Origin: Intoshia linei
Lineage: Eukaryota; Animalia; Orthonectida
Assembly: GCA_001642005.1 (NCBI GenBank)
Contig: LWCA01000141.1
Location: forward strand, 1-48,420
DNA length: 48,420 bases
Reading direction: 5' to 3'
Shown: one piece after another, positions 13,584-27,700 of the stretch
Position numbering within the stretch: position 1 is the first letter of the stretch
How the letters are laid out: every line of letters starts with the position of its first letter
The notes under the pieces: generated by a model
Databases searched by the model: none
What the model was told of the DNA's origin: nothing
Seen by the model: the letters and a program-made list of their open reading frames with translations, nothing else
Translations under genes and position numbers: made by a program

Positions 13584-14590
13584 CAGGGGTGCACAACCTT
13601 TCCACCAATTTTATTCACAATACTACTTTTCTCATTGATACTACGGCCGCAAAAATTTTACTTCGACAGTGAGAAAGTTTACTCTGGACCTAAATTTTAG
13701 GTCCAGTATAGTAGTAATTTTCTGGAAATTTTAATATCAGCAAGTTTTAATTAATAATTTTCAATTAAAATTAATCCTTAATTCACTCATATAAATTAAT
13801 ACCACATTTATCATTTATCTGAATCTGAATAAATAGCAATAGTAAGATTAATGGAGTGCTTCTCATGGGGGTTACTGGTCACCCCAATGGGTAAATACGA
13901 AAATTTAGAAGATTGTAGGCGAATCTACAATTTTCAACATATTTCATTGAATCATCCCATTTAATATAATTTTATGAGAAAAAACCAAGATTTTACGACC
14001 CCTTAAGGAAGAAATCCATTTTTACCAATATTTTTTTTAAAAATCTATTTTTACCAAAGTTTTAGAATAAAAACTACTCTATCTGATTCCAAAAGAAAAA
14101 ACCAAATTTTACCAACCCTTAAAGAAAAAAATCGATTTTACCAATATTTTTATGAAAAATCCCATTTTACGAATTTTTTAGATCAATAATTCATCTTACT
14201 GATTCCATAAGAAAAAACCTGATTTAAAAAAAATTTGAAAAATCTTCTTTTATTAATATTTCGGTAAATAATTAATAATAATTGGACAACAGAAAAAAGT
14301 CCGATTAAAAATCGATTTGTTGATATATTAGAGTGGAAGACATAAAAAAATGTAAATATTAATAATGACATAAAAAAGATATCAGTGACTGCCTTAATTT
14401 TGTGTGTTCTTCGCTAACATTTGAGAAACTGGGGCAAAGTCAAGAATGTAACTTTTTGATTAAAATGTTTTAAATAGATTTGAATAAAATCTCATTTCAA
14501 CTTTTCAATTTGAAGTAAAATGATATATTGCATTATGATCAGAGGTATTGCCCACGTATTGGCCGTACGGCCGCACGTTGTGCACCCCTG
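13584..14590. mobile_element. Non-autonomous hAT (Buster-type) element, 1007 bp
   Basis: Perfect TIR CAGGGGTGCACAAC...GTTGTGCACCCCTG; perfect 8-bp TSD CTATAGAC. Confidence 0.92.
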
Positions 14591-14962
14591 CTATAGACTA
14601 TAGTATAGTTTGTAACGATTGGCATATAAGAACTCAGATAAGTTCATCTTAAATAAAAAGATGTCCAAATTTTGATTCAAATTTAGCCACGCAGAATACA
14701 ATTATATGACTATAACCACTCTGCTAGTTAGACATCACAAGTGAGTTATATTAAAAGTATATATTCGAATCTCAATTAGTATGATAGCAATATATCACTA
14801 CATAGTTGAACATTTTTTATTCATCTTCTCTTCATAAGACCAAAATTATAAAATTTGACATAAAATTAGATTTGATTAGATTATATTTAAGAAAATATAG
14901 TCATATTAGTAACAATATAGCAACATTAGAGTAAATATCGTTAACTATACTTCACTCTAGAG

Positions 14963-15294
14963 CAGGGGTGTCAGACTCAATTTGCTTGGAGGGCCAAACG
15001 TGAAAAAAAATTATTACGCGGGCCGCACAAAAAAATTTATACTCAAAAAATTATGTTAAAACTAACAGATTTAATTAATTTATAATAATTTTAATTCATA
15101 AAATGGAATAAGTGTATGAATAAAAATAATGTTAAAATTGTAATAATAAATAAATAAATCATGAAAAATAAATGAAAAAATTGTAAAATAAGAAATATGT
15201 GTAAAAAATTGTTATAAAAAATAAAAATTTTTATTATAACGCATATTCGCACATTCCATAATTGGCATAAAGTGTTCCATAATTGACACCCCTG
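14963..15294. mobile_element. hAT (Buster-type) MITE
   Basis: TIR CAGGGGTGTCA...TGACACCCCTG; TSD CTCTAGAG/TTCTAGAG (7 of 8 match). Confidence 0.85.
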
Positions 15295-15367
15295 TTCTAG
15301 AGTCTAGAATGAATATATTATGTTAATTAATTTTCTACATGAAATATAATGTTTGGTATATAAGTTT

Positions 15368-15822
15368 CTATACCATTTACATTTTAATTTCGCCAAACTG
15401 AAATTCATTTTCGCATTATTGTTAAAAGTATTATTTATTGTCCTTATTAAACTTGAAGTTTTCTTTCAGATTTAGAAGCATTTTAAATTTTAAAGTGATT
15501 TAAAACTTACGTACATAAAATGGTAACTAAATTTGAGAAGTAGTTTTAAACTTTTATATTTTAAATGAATGCCGAGTAAGAGAATTGGCGAGTATGAGAG
15601 AGAAATGAAGAAATGAACTGCCATTCTTAAATTAAATTAAAGCACGAGAAATTATATTAACGATAAAAAATTAATAAATATTAAATAAAACGCCAAATAT
15701 AATAAAGATCAGAAAAGGGTAGGTTTCTTTGATGCGAAATTAAAAATCAGTTTGAAAAAAAAAAAATTCAGCTACACAAAAATGAACTTCAGTTTGGCGA
15801 AATTTAAATGTAAATGGTATAG
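15368..15822. mobile_element. MITE with ~44 bp terminal inverted repeats, TA-rich ends (possibly Tc1/mariner-type)
   Basis: CTATACCATTTACATTTTAATTTCGCCAAACTGAAATTCATTTT ... AAAATGAACTTCAGTTTGGCGAAATTTAAATGTAAATGGTATAG. Confidence 0.8.
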
Positions 15823-18800
15823 TAGTAATCTATTGAAGTTACTGCTAGTACTTAATATCATTATCTCGTTGCAGAATTTATTTATAACTTCATTTTTATG
15901 AGCTATACCTACGATTACGTTATTATATTAATAAAAGAAATTTCGGAAACCCAAAAACTGGTTGTCACCCCTGGAGTGCCGGTATCAGGTTAAGAATCTA
16001 CATAATCTATAATTTACATTACTTTTTTCATAAAAACGTAAAATATGTTAAACTTAACTTAATTTAAAATGGAGAGATTGACATAATATTGTTCATGTAG
16101 TCCAGGCATTCTCAACCCTTTTCACTGTAGACCCCTACAATGATATTAAAAAAACTTGTGAAAAAACCTGATTATAAAATATATTGTATCGTAACTTACG
16201 ATTTATTTAAAAATCACACTTTTTAATACAGTTTTTCAAGAGTGATGCTGTATCACTGATGCAGTATCGAAAATTTCATTTTGCGAAATTAATTTCTATA
16301 GAGTCAAAAATATACCATAAAAACATAAGATTAAATAAGTAAATTTGATAAACCAACAACTAAAAATTCCACGGATGCTTTTTTTTAAACTTTTAAAAAA
16401 CTCAATGATTCAATGTTTATTCCTAATGAAGTTGTCATTTAATAAATTTTTTTTCGAATTTGTTAAAATAGGATATGAGGATTCGAACAGAGAAATTATC
16501 CCCATTGATCATTAACCATATAAAATTAAATTTTTAAATTAATGTACATAATGATGTATTACTTAGTGATAATAATATATTAATTTGTTTGAGAGTGGTA
16601 GAAATCAAAATCATTTCTGTTATTTATTTTTTAATACATTTTAGAGATAAAATCTTTTAAATTTAAAAAATAAATAATTGAAGAAATATATTCTTCATTC
16701 ATCTTATAATTCTTTATTAGTAACTTTATTGAGTCGTTTTTTAATTCTTGACCCAGATATTTGAGTCAATACTTTTTAACCAAATATAAAGAAATAAATG
16801 TAAGTATAATAAAGTCACATTCTTGTATATCAAACTTTTGATTCAATATTATATGATTTCGTTTATGAAAAGTTTGTATATACCAATATACTTTAAATTC
16901 TACAGAATTTTAACCATTTAATTTTTTTTTTAGTGGATATAATCATTTAGCCCTTTAAGGAATGCATTACACATATACATGTAAATTTATTTTCACGAAA
17001 TTTATTCATTAAACATATACATGTAAATTTAATTTTACGAAATTACGATACACCAATATATCTACGTTTACCTGGAATAAAGTTCATTTCTAATTTATTA
17101 ATACACTACAATACAATAAACCCTACTCAATATACACGATTTTGTATAAAACTTAATACATTTTATCAAATTGTTTGCAAATCCTATTTTTTTAATTTTT
17201 TTATAAAATGTTATTTTATCAACACGGGGACCATTGCTCCCGGAATAAGGCATGGAAATATTATTAGATTTATTTTGAAAAATTATTTGCCAATAACGGA
17301 GGTTTTATATAAAAATCAAAAGAAGGATAGTTTTTGTGATTGAATAATGGAATCGGTAAAAACACACTAAAATTGATTCAATTCCCTTTGAAATTAAACC
17401 AATTAAAGACTCTAGTTCAAAAAATGCTAATGTGAAATAGTACGAAGAATGTTAATTATGCCATAAATGGCATATCATTACACTTATTGTTGAATAGCGA
17501 AATTTACAGATAATAAAAAATAGTAATTTTGTATATACATGTTGGTTTTATTTAATCCTTCCTTACATCCAATTCAATGGGAGTGAGATATAAGAGTTTG
17601 TGTGTTTGCAATCAGAAATTATTACATTAAGAGTTTTGCATTTTCCAAACACAAAATGAAATTTAATTTCAATCTTCAATGTCAAAATATTACCAGTTTA
17701 CCATTCGTTATTTTGCAAATTATTTTATTGAAATAGAAATTATTGAAATAGCCCTAGTTAAATACTCATATAATTTACCTCAAACGGAAAATTTAAAATT
17801 CAAAATTTAAAACAAAAATATGATAAATTAAAAAACTCTCAACATGTGTTCATAACGCGGTATATAAAAAACATTTTGCACATATATAATAATACATATA
17901 TAATGATTAATAATAATCTTAAATTGTACATTAATCCAATTTTGAATTTTCCGTGTCAAGTCTAAAGAAATATCATTTATTAAAATAAAAAATTAATAAA
18001 AATATTTATTAAGCATGTATAAATGAATGGTTAAAAATATCACTATAATAAAATTAATAATAAATTGAAAGTACATTTTAGTATTATATCCAATGAGTTG
18101 TAGATGTAAATTAAATTAAAATTTACTTTATATAAAAATAGAGAAAAATTGCAATATTGTTTGTTATTAGTTTCATTAAAATAGCTAACATGTGAGAGTT
18201 TTGATAGATTTTACAAGACTCATTTACAAATATATACCAGTAATAAGCTAACATTTATTGACAGTTGAAATTTATTTGTAAAAATTAAACGGTGTCTTTA
18301 ATTTTCTTAATTAATAAAATGTAAAAATATCATGTTTTTTTTCAAATGTTTTTTTAAATTATTTGTACATTGTCAATCTATTCATTCAACGATAATTTAT
18401 AATTTACAATGTACATTTGTAAATTTATATAAAAACAGTTTAAAATAATTAAAAATTACAAAATGATAGTTTTTATAGATATTAATACAATCGTTTTTTA
18501 AAAACTTTTTAATTTACAATTCTAGTTTTTAACATCATTCAACCTTAAAAATATGTTTAATGCGACTTTGAATAAAATTATGTGAGGTTTACATATTGAC
18601 CAAATTATAATGTAAATATTTAAAATTATATCAAATACAATTTATGGCATACATCCAAAATCAAGTAACAAAACTGTAAATTAGTATTTAAGTATCTGCA
18701 TCTGTATTTTAGCATTTCAATTTTCATTCAATTTTTCATTTTTCGTCAATATAATACGTGTTGTATTAACAATATAAAATATATAATGTAGAATATCAAA

Positions 18801-19789
18801 ATATAACCATTAGGATTTATTTGGTTAATACATGTGTATTACACATCGTGTATGCTGAAAATCACCGTATGGGTGTAACTATATTGTACACTGCTCCGAA
18901 TTGCATAAAAAGTAGAATTATACATTTGATAATTTATGTCAAGATAAAAGTATGCTCCACGAGAATTTTAAACGTTAAAATATTATATACTTGTATTTAA
19001 TCAATTAAACTGTTTATACAAAAACATTCTAATTTAAACAGCTTCGCGATTATAAACACACAATAGAATATGGTTATTTCAAAATACTTAGTATAACTGG
19101 GTGATCAGAGAGGGTGTAGGTACGGTAAGTAAATCAGGTGTAAGCAAGGATTGTGCAACGATGAATAGATTTTTAAAAAGGAACACATGCGTATGATAAT
19201 ATAGCCGCTATATGACACTACAATTTGTTTGCGAAAATTTGTTTTGAGGGACCTAATTTTCATTTTCGGGTGGTCTCGAGCGGGCAAATCATTTTAATTA
19301 TCTGTTATGCAACTGTTATAAAAAAATAAAGGTACATAAAATTTACTTAACCGAATACGATTTTATGGTCACTTCTATGAAAAGTATGGTTTAGTGTTTT
19401 TGGTTAATTTACCATATAGGGGTGTAAATTTAATTTTTTAAAATATATATTGAGTTGTAAGGACAGTTGCATTCCATTGAAAACTATATTATTATATTAT
19501 TGTATTAATATTAATATGTTATATTTTTAATTATATATTAATAATTTATAATTTACATATATTGTACATTAAACTTCGTAAAAATCACAATAATGAAGAC
19601 AAAAATTAATTTAAAAAAGTAAATTGTACACCCGAATACGGTAAAGGAATCAAAGAAATTGAATAAGTACAAACGATAGTTAAATTAATATTACATTACA
19701 TTTAGCAAATTAAAGTTACTTTTAATTTTTCATTAATATTTTTGTATGATAATTACAAAATGGTGTGAGCAACTCGAATAGTATTTTTT

Positions 19790-21219
19790 TTTAAAATAAA
19801 TAACATAATTATATTGATTGTAACTATTTGCAGAAAAAAAATTCTGGGATGCGCTTGAAATTCATAAACATTGTTTTAAATCTCAACCTCAGAACTTACT
19901 CATTTTTTTACTTTGACCTTTTTTTAAAATGAAAAAAATCCTAAAATTTTATAAAACATTATGGCTGATACAGTTATATCCAGTTAGTTCACTCAAAGAA
20001 TTTCAATGTGACAAAGTAATACCTTTACAATCAAAAAAACATTTTAGTATTCATTTTTCATTTTATTAAAAATTTAAAATAATTAACGCTCCTACAATTA
20101 AAGAAAGAAAAGATTTTTCTGATATAGCCTATGTAATGGTTTCCATAACCACCATTAACAAAATAAATGAATATTAACATTTGCTACTGATACAAATTTA
20201 ATATCACTAATTCATCTAATTTAGAATAATCTCATTTTCAAGTAAATAACTATATTTAATTATTTAACTTAATGTATAGATTATTTATTAAACATTACAG
20301 CCTATTTCAGTTGATATAAATATAAATTTTTAACTTAAGAAATCTACGCATTCCTGGTGAAAAATAATTTTTAATATATTATCAACCAATATTTTTCAAA
20401 TTTTTGGATTAAAATTAAAAATCAAAATGTAAATATTTATTCTACAATTAAAAAAAATGGTTTTGAATGTATACACATTTGAAATACATATATAACGGTT
20501 TCAATGTCATAAATTGATTCCTTCTGATTTTTTATCATTGCTATGTTATTTTAGTTTGAAACTAATGATAAATTTACTATAGTTTATAATTCAAAAAATT
20601 TTTAAGTTTACAATCAAATGCAGTATAACTTTGTTACTATCATATTGAATTAATTTTATTGAGATTAATTTCAATGTTGAAAACATTCACCCGCAATATG
20701 TTTTGAATGTGGAAATGGGTGTCTTAACGTGATACAACTGTACCATCTGTATTTTTTTTAAATTATAGGATTGTTTTCATTTAAAAAAAAAAATGGCAAT
20801 GTGGGGTTTTGATCGTGAAAATTATTTTTTTTGAGGTTTCCATTTATGATAATGTTTATCATTTTAAAAACTATCCAAGAATTTATGTTTAAAAAAATTT
20901 TAGGACATATTTCATTTTTAAAACACAGGGTAATTTAGGATTTTGGTTATGTAGTATGCGTTTCTGAGGCTGAGATTAACGAAAGTGTTAATGCTTTTAA
21001 AATGCGTTCCAGAATGTATGTTTTATTACATTTTTGGGTTAATTTTGGGCTGATTTTTTTAAACAAAAGGGAAAATTGGGTTTTTGACCCTGAAGGACTT
21101 AAATTCTGAAACTGAAAAATGGATAAAAATATATCTTGGGAAAAACAGTATTAGAAATTGCGTTATTTTCAATAAATGGTTATACAGATACAGACATTCA
21201 TTTTTATATAAGTAAAGGA
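19790..21219. mobile_element. Two Helitron-family fragments (+ about 19790-20560; - about 20755-21219 with TC 5' end at 21219)
   Basis: Family blocks are present (AAATCTACGCATTCCTGGTGAAAAATAA). The minus-strand start TCCTTTACTTATATAAAAATGAATGTCTGT resembles the start at 29714. Confidence 0.65.
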
Positions 21220-21625
21220 AGTAGTGGTCACTTTTAAAACTAAAATAAATGTACAATGTACATTACTATAATTATTTTTTTGGGAAGTATTTTATTTATC
21301 AGTATTTTAATAAAAAATTTTAAGTATTTTCAACAAAAATTGTCAGTATAAATATTAAAATGTCAATAATAAAATTATTTTGTCATATTCAATTACATAT
21401 TTCTCAGTATATACTGTATAGTCAAGGATATACTGAGTGTATATTAAAAGTACTGACAAAATAATTTTTTTTACTGCCATTCCAATTTAAATACTGACAA
21501 TTAATTATTTATACTGACACCTAAAATACTGACACTTTACTGATTAAAATATTGACGCTATAAATACAAGCCATATAATTTTGTTATAGCATCTAAATTA
21601 TAGTTCACTTTTTGAGTTTCTACTG

Positions 21626-21958
21626 CAGTGCTTTCTAACCATTTTTGGTTGGCGACACATATTTCAATATCAAAAAATTTCGCGACACACCAATCAAAAA
21701 AATAAACGATTGATTAATAAATATACAAAATATAATGTAGTTGAACCAATTTTTTTCTAATAATAATCTGAAAATAAGCTATGTAAAATTTATCATCATC
21801 ACTAAAAATATCTTTGATTTGCATTTTTACGTCTTATAATTGTATTGTCTGCTAATGGAATTTAAAAAAAAATTAAATAAAATTTTAAGTTTGGCGATAC
21901 ATTTGGAAATCATTGGCGACACACAAAAGTGTCACGACACACCGGTTGGAAAGCACTG
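21626..21958. mobile_element. hAT (Buster-type) MITE
   Basis: TIR CAGTGCTTTCTAACC...GGTTGGAAAGCACTG; TTCTACTG on both flanks (one extra A on the right); subterminal GCGACAC repeats. Confidence 0.82.
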
Positions 21959-22767
21959 ATTCTACTGTATTATAAGATTGTATTGTATTTATTCTAGTAA
22001 ATCAAAAATATTTAAATATTATGACACTAAATTGAGTTAAATTTAAAAATTTTTTAAACGGACATAAAAGTAATTTTGAAAAGAGTAACGATTTTATAAA
22101 ATAAAATAAAATGACAAACATACTGGTAATTTTAATATTAGTTGAAGTTTTTTAGATCCTTTTCGACTGATACAAGATTTATGAACTTGAATTACCAAAT
22201 GATAAATTGAAGATTACAAATTTAAAAAACTGTATATATGAAAACATATGTAATAAATTGTAGAATAAATTTATGGCATAGACAGTGAAACTGCACAAGT
22301 TTTGGACATATAACATATTTAATTTGGAACATATTTTAAAAAGTTTAAAATGTAAATATTAAAATTAACGTTTTGAAGTAAATTTAAAAATTTAATTAAA
22401 ATTGTGAATAAATATGCTATTTATGTTATCTTAAAAAAAAGTAGAATATATGTTACATTAAAGTTGTAATGTAATGTAATTTACAACAGATTTTTCTTAC
22501 CGCGGAGTCGCGTGATTTTATTCAAAATTTTAAGTAATTTTAACAAAAATCTATATTATTATGATTATTATTATTTATTTATGTTTATTATTATGGAAAT
22601 TATATTATAATATCGCTTGAATTATCATTCAATCAGATGGTACTTAAATTATTTTATTTTCTATTGAAAATATTTTTATAAACATGGTAAACTGGTTAAA
22701 TATAAAACCTTTTATTTCTTTTCTTCTTATCACACCAAAAATCAAAAAAATAGATCTGATGGAATAA

Positions 22768-23060
22768 TGAAATCAAGAAAACGTACATATAATAATGCTT
22801 TTTTAAAATACGGGTTCACATTTGAAATAAATAATTAACATAAACCAGTTTGTTTCTTTTGTGGTTTATGAAAGTTTGAAACCTGCCAAATTAAAAATGC
22901 ACCTTAAAAAACATTGAGTTTAAAATAGTGACACTTCATGGAAAGAAGAAATGCGGTAACATAAACCTGACATTATTAAAACTAAACATTGAATAGTCGA
23001 TTATTTACACGTCTATTTGCAGATATGGGTTCCAACTATCAAAATGTATTACTTCACACC
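22768..23060 (+). pseudogene. Buster/Charlie (ZBED5/SCAND3-like) hAT transposase relic
   Basis: Broken peptides MKSRKRTYNNAFLKYGFT..KPVCFFC..ESLKPAKLKMHLKKH (BED-like finger) and LNSRLFTRLFADMGSNYQNVLLHT, with stops, frameshifts and a large deletion. Confidence 0.75.
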
Positions 23061-23869
23061 AGGGATTGAAAATAATTGATTGCAATCAATTATTTTGTAT
23101 AAACCAATTGTTTGCTAAATATTAATTTTTCAATTAATTTTTTTGCAATTAATTAATTTCTTTCATATAACTGAAAAAATATAAATTGAATTTTTTTATT
23201 GACAAATGGTTGGATGAAAAAATTAATTAAATTTTTTTATGTTCCGTATGCTTTATTTATTTCCAAATTCAAAGAAATAAATAATATGAAAAAGATTTTC
23301 TAAATACTATTTTGCAAATATAATATAATGCAACTGAAAAAAGTGCTGGAACCTTTGACATAGTTCGTTGTTTCAACATTTTTTAATTTCTTTGAATGTA
23401 CAGTTTGTAGAATTAAAAACCAGTCCTTTTACATCACTGAAATAATGTTACCCCTGTTTTAAATGTATTGATTTTACAAATAAATAGTTATTCTTTTTTT
23501 TCTAACTACAGTATTTTTGTACAAATACATAAAATATAAACAATTCTATATTTTTATATTTTTACGCATATACAAAAAATTTTCATTTAGGAAGCTTTAA
23601 TGATTGAAGAAGATTGTCTTATAGAATCGTTTAAATTAAAAAAATATTACTATACAAAATTTATGGAAAAAAAATTAATCTTGTAGAAAATACTAATGTC
23701 AAAATTATTCAACAACCTGATAAAACATTTACCCCTTTTACCAATACTGAATCTTACAACTCCAAAGCTCTAGAACAATCAGTCTAACAATTTGATTTGA
23801 AAAAATTGCAAATAGAACATTATTCTATAGAAACTCTTAACATTTAACATTTTTATCAATTTATATGTA

Positions 23870-24330
23870 TCCTAAGTTAGGATTTCTAACTAATATAAAA
23901 GGCTACGCGATCTTTGTGTGTGTGTTCCACTTTATTGAAATAACTACCTGTCTTAGAATTTTATAAAGACCACATTTCAATTACAGTTTTTTCCGGAACG
24001 TTTAATAAGATAAATTCCAACCTCTTAATTTCTTATCATACGGGTCAAAAACCCCAGTTGTTCTTCTTTTTGAAAATCAAACGAGTTGGATAATTAAAAA
24101 AATATATACGCTAATGCGCATTTAAAAATCATTAACATTATCATAAATTTAAATTTAAAAAAATAATATCTTCAGGGCCAAAACCCCAAATTATCCTTTT
24201 TTTTAACGAAAACAGTCCTAAAATTTCAAAAAATTTACAGGTGGTATAGTTGTATCCTGTTAACACACATAAAAAATTTCAATCCGAATAAGTGACGATT
24301 TCACGGTCAAAAAAGCATTTTAGTATTCAT
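23870..24330 (+). mobile_element. Helitron 5' fragment
   Basis: GCTACGCGATCTTTGTGTGTGTG...CACGGTCAAAAAAGCATTTTAGTATT is colinear with the 5' part of the 42592-43978 element. Confidence 0.75.
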
Positions 24331-24776
24331 ATATAAATTTTTGAAAATCCGATTATTCGAAATATATTAATATTATTTTTCTTCGATTATTGTAAACGAT
24401 TAATCGGGTTTTCGATTAATCGAATATTATTACCTAATAGGCAAGAGAACCTGGGTACTCATGTAATCTGTTTCTTTTAAATTCAAGTTTTTAATTGTTT
24501 TAATTGATTATTTCTAAAGTGTGTGTTTATAACATGAAAACACATCTTTTATATCACTGGTACAGAGCCTAGCTTTCATTGCTAATAATTTTAATATAAG
24601 ACTTAATTACAGATCTATGAAAATTATTTTATCGTAATGCAAATTGATTAAACAAAACCGTATATTAATTCAAAGGTGTAACTAGCAATTGTAATTGACA
24701 AATTACTATTTAATCATTGAATCCAAGTTATAATAAACAAACAAAAAAGTTGAGTGTAAAATTTTAATAGTAATAA

Positions 24777-27700
24777 ATGACAAAGTCCAATAATTTCACT
24801 ACGAAACGGACATCATCATCATTTACCAGCTTGTCGAATGATAAAAATTTGGAAGATGATAAGAATGTTGTAAAAACGAATGGGTATAGAGGGTATTTTT
24901 CAGAATTGCTTAGCACTTCAAATCGAAAGAATATACAAGTAAATATTAGAATATAATCGAAAGATAACGCAAAGATTTTTATATTTATACGAATTTTGAA
25001 TATTATATTAACACAAACTCTCACAAATTAAAGCCCTGCAATGGGTATATGTAAGCCGGTGAGTTCGGAGCGGGTAACCCGTGAATTAATGAAATTCAAT
25101 AAGTGACAAATTGAATTAAACTGCATGTATAATTTGGGAATGTCGATCGGTACAGGGTTCCAAGACAAATGTTAAAATTTAGATGTATAGTGTTAACCCA
25201 TTAGAGAAAACTGTATTTATATTTGACAAAATGCCGTATTTTTTGAAATTTTTTATTAAAATGTAAATATAAATAACTATGCAAAATTTAGTTTAATTTT
25301 AAGTATTTAAACATATTAGAAGTCGGTAAACGGAGAATGACTATATATTTAGTCATTGGCTATGTAACGACAATTCTAACCATGCAATCTACATCTGTAT
25401 TAATTTTTAGATTTGATAATAAGATATTCTACGGACAACATAATTTAAAATAATTTATTTCTTCTATTCCACAGTTAACCTCATAAGGTGTGTTGAAACG
25501 TTTAATATCTAGTAATACCATTACCAATATTCACCGTTATTTAAACACCATTTTTAGAATGATTAAAAATGAAATAATTATCGTAATTTTTGAAATATTT
25601 GTTATATTTTCGTTTTAATAATCCGTGATAAATGTTATAGTAAATTACCGATTCGTGGTGAAAGAAGTGTGGAACCACTGGGTTAGCCATTTAATATCTA
25701 TGCATAAATTGGTAGATTTGTAAGGTATAGTGGTAGTTTAATATGGTATTTTAATTAATTAATAATATTAATTTCAAATTTTTAAAATTTATTCTGTTAA
25801 TTATGCATGTAGCTGCTTCAACCGGATATAACCAAAAATATTAATTTAAATTGGAATATCGAAACAAAAAAATATTCACCCATTGGTAATTTTTATTAAT
25901 TAAGATAATCAAAATTGCAGTGTTGTACATTCACATACGAACTATTGTGCAATTGTATAAATATTAGGGTTTGCCTTTTTTTAAAAATATCCTGAAATCA
26001 ATTAATATCCTAATAAATGTATATATTAGAACTTTTAAATAGGTGATTCGCAGGTCAATTATGTTGGTGTAGATGTGTCGCGAATTTTTCGAAATTTATA
26101 TTATTTCATTTTGTAAAAAATCGAATTTGGCTTTTTGACCTCAATTTCTAAAAATTAAGTTTGCGATAAAACATCACTCTCAAAAAACACTATTAGAATA
26201 TGATTTGTTTAAATTCTAGGACTCATTTTTTAATTAAACGGTAACACACATACAGAAACATATACAGACGTTCATTTTAAAATAAATAGAGCAGAGTGTC
26301 ACAATGGGAGACCCTAGGAGTCTCAAAAATTATTTTGGGTTACCAGTTCGTCTTATACTATAACTCACACTTTATGATTCATAAATTATAAATATTTTTA
26401 AATATATTCACGCATTTTTAGTGATGTAAATTTTTAATAGAATTTTTTTAATTCATATAGTCAAGGTTACACTAAATATAAATTATTATAGGGTACGAAT
26501 TTTTTTTGTGAGTTTCGAGATAACAAATGTAAAGTATGTTGAGAATGGCTGATGTAGATGACCATTATACTTATTTGTACTAAGTACATTGTACTCATCC
26601 TAACTTATATCATATGCTACGCGATTTTTGTTTGTGTGTGTGTGTCTGTGTGTCCTGCTTTATTTAAATAACTACCCGTCTTAGAATTTTATGAAGTCCA
26701 CATTTCAATTACAGTTTTTTCCGGGGGTGTTCGCAAACTTAATTTCCACCTCCCTGTTTCACATCTTACGGGTCAAAAACCCCACTCACTCTCTTCCTCC
26801 CTCCACCTCTCTATCTCAAATCAAAGTAATTTCTGGTAGTAATTATTTGTATTATTTTAGTCAAATCTTACACATTACCTCCAATAGATAAAAAAAATTT
26901 GAAAAACATTACAAATTATGAAGAATATGATCAAAATCAAGACGAATCAGTAATTTAAATGAATACATTTATTATTTATGTAACTATTATTTTAATACTA
27001 GCTTGTCTGTTTTGTACTTTTTACAAACAGTAACTAGTTCTGCCAAGGGTGCAAGGTTAAACTACTCTTTTATAAATTAGAAGATTAGTATATTGTTAAT
27101 AATCATATAAAATGTATGTTTTTGGTCTGGAAGATGTAAATTTCTGAGCGTAATATTTTCATAAACTATATTAGATTTGAAAAACTATAGTTTAATTTAT
27201 AAATTAATTTAATAGCTTATAGAATTTGTGAATTTTAAATCTATAATTGGGATCATACACAAACATTCAATTTTATATAATAAATTCCTTGTCATTACTC
27301 AGAGCTGAACACGTCAATTTTGAGTACACAAGAAAATGACAAATAGGACCTCAAACAAATTTCCTAAACCAGTGGTTATCAACCCGTGTTCCGTAGAAAC
27401 CCAGGGGTCCCGCGAAATTTAATTGGGGTTCCGTGAAATATAAATGCAATATTTTTCAATTTGAAATGAAACAACATCATTTCTCAAATTTAAATCAAAT
27501 AAGTTTTAATAAAAGTATTATACGGTATGAGTTCAGTTTATCTTTATGAGAAATATTGTAAAGAAGGTGGGTTTTTATAGGCTTATGACTCAATAAAATA
27601 TAAATATAACCCGACTCTCTTGAAATAATTTAAATAAGTTACTTACCTCTTTATAATAATATTTAACTAAAAAGTTATCTCTCACGGGCCTGGATGCTTC

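Noticed and set aside
19105-19287. 60 aa ORF in a GC-richer island
   Set aside because: Non-ATG start, no motif and no convincing splice partner.
24600-25180. RFX X-box in the dynein promoter
   Set aside because: Only weak half-site matches were found; no convincing GTTNCC..GGYAAC palindrome.
25641-25681. Possible extra dynein exon (TAG|TAAATTACCG...CACTGG|GTTAG)
   Set aside because: 41 nt long, so it breaks the phase-0 join between 24938 and 25813; not needed for a continuous frame.
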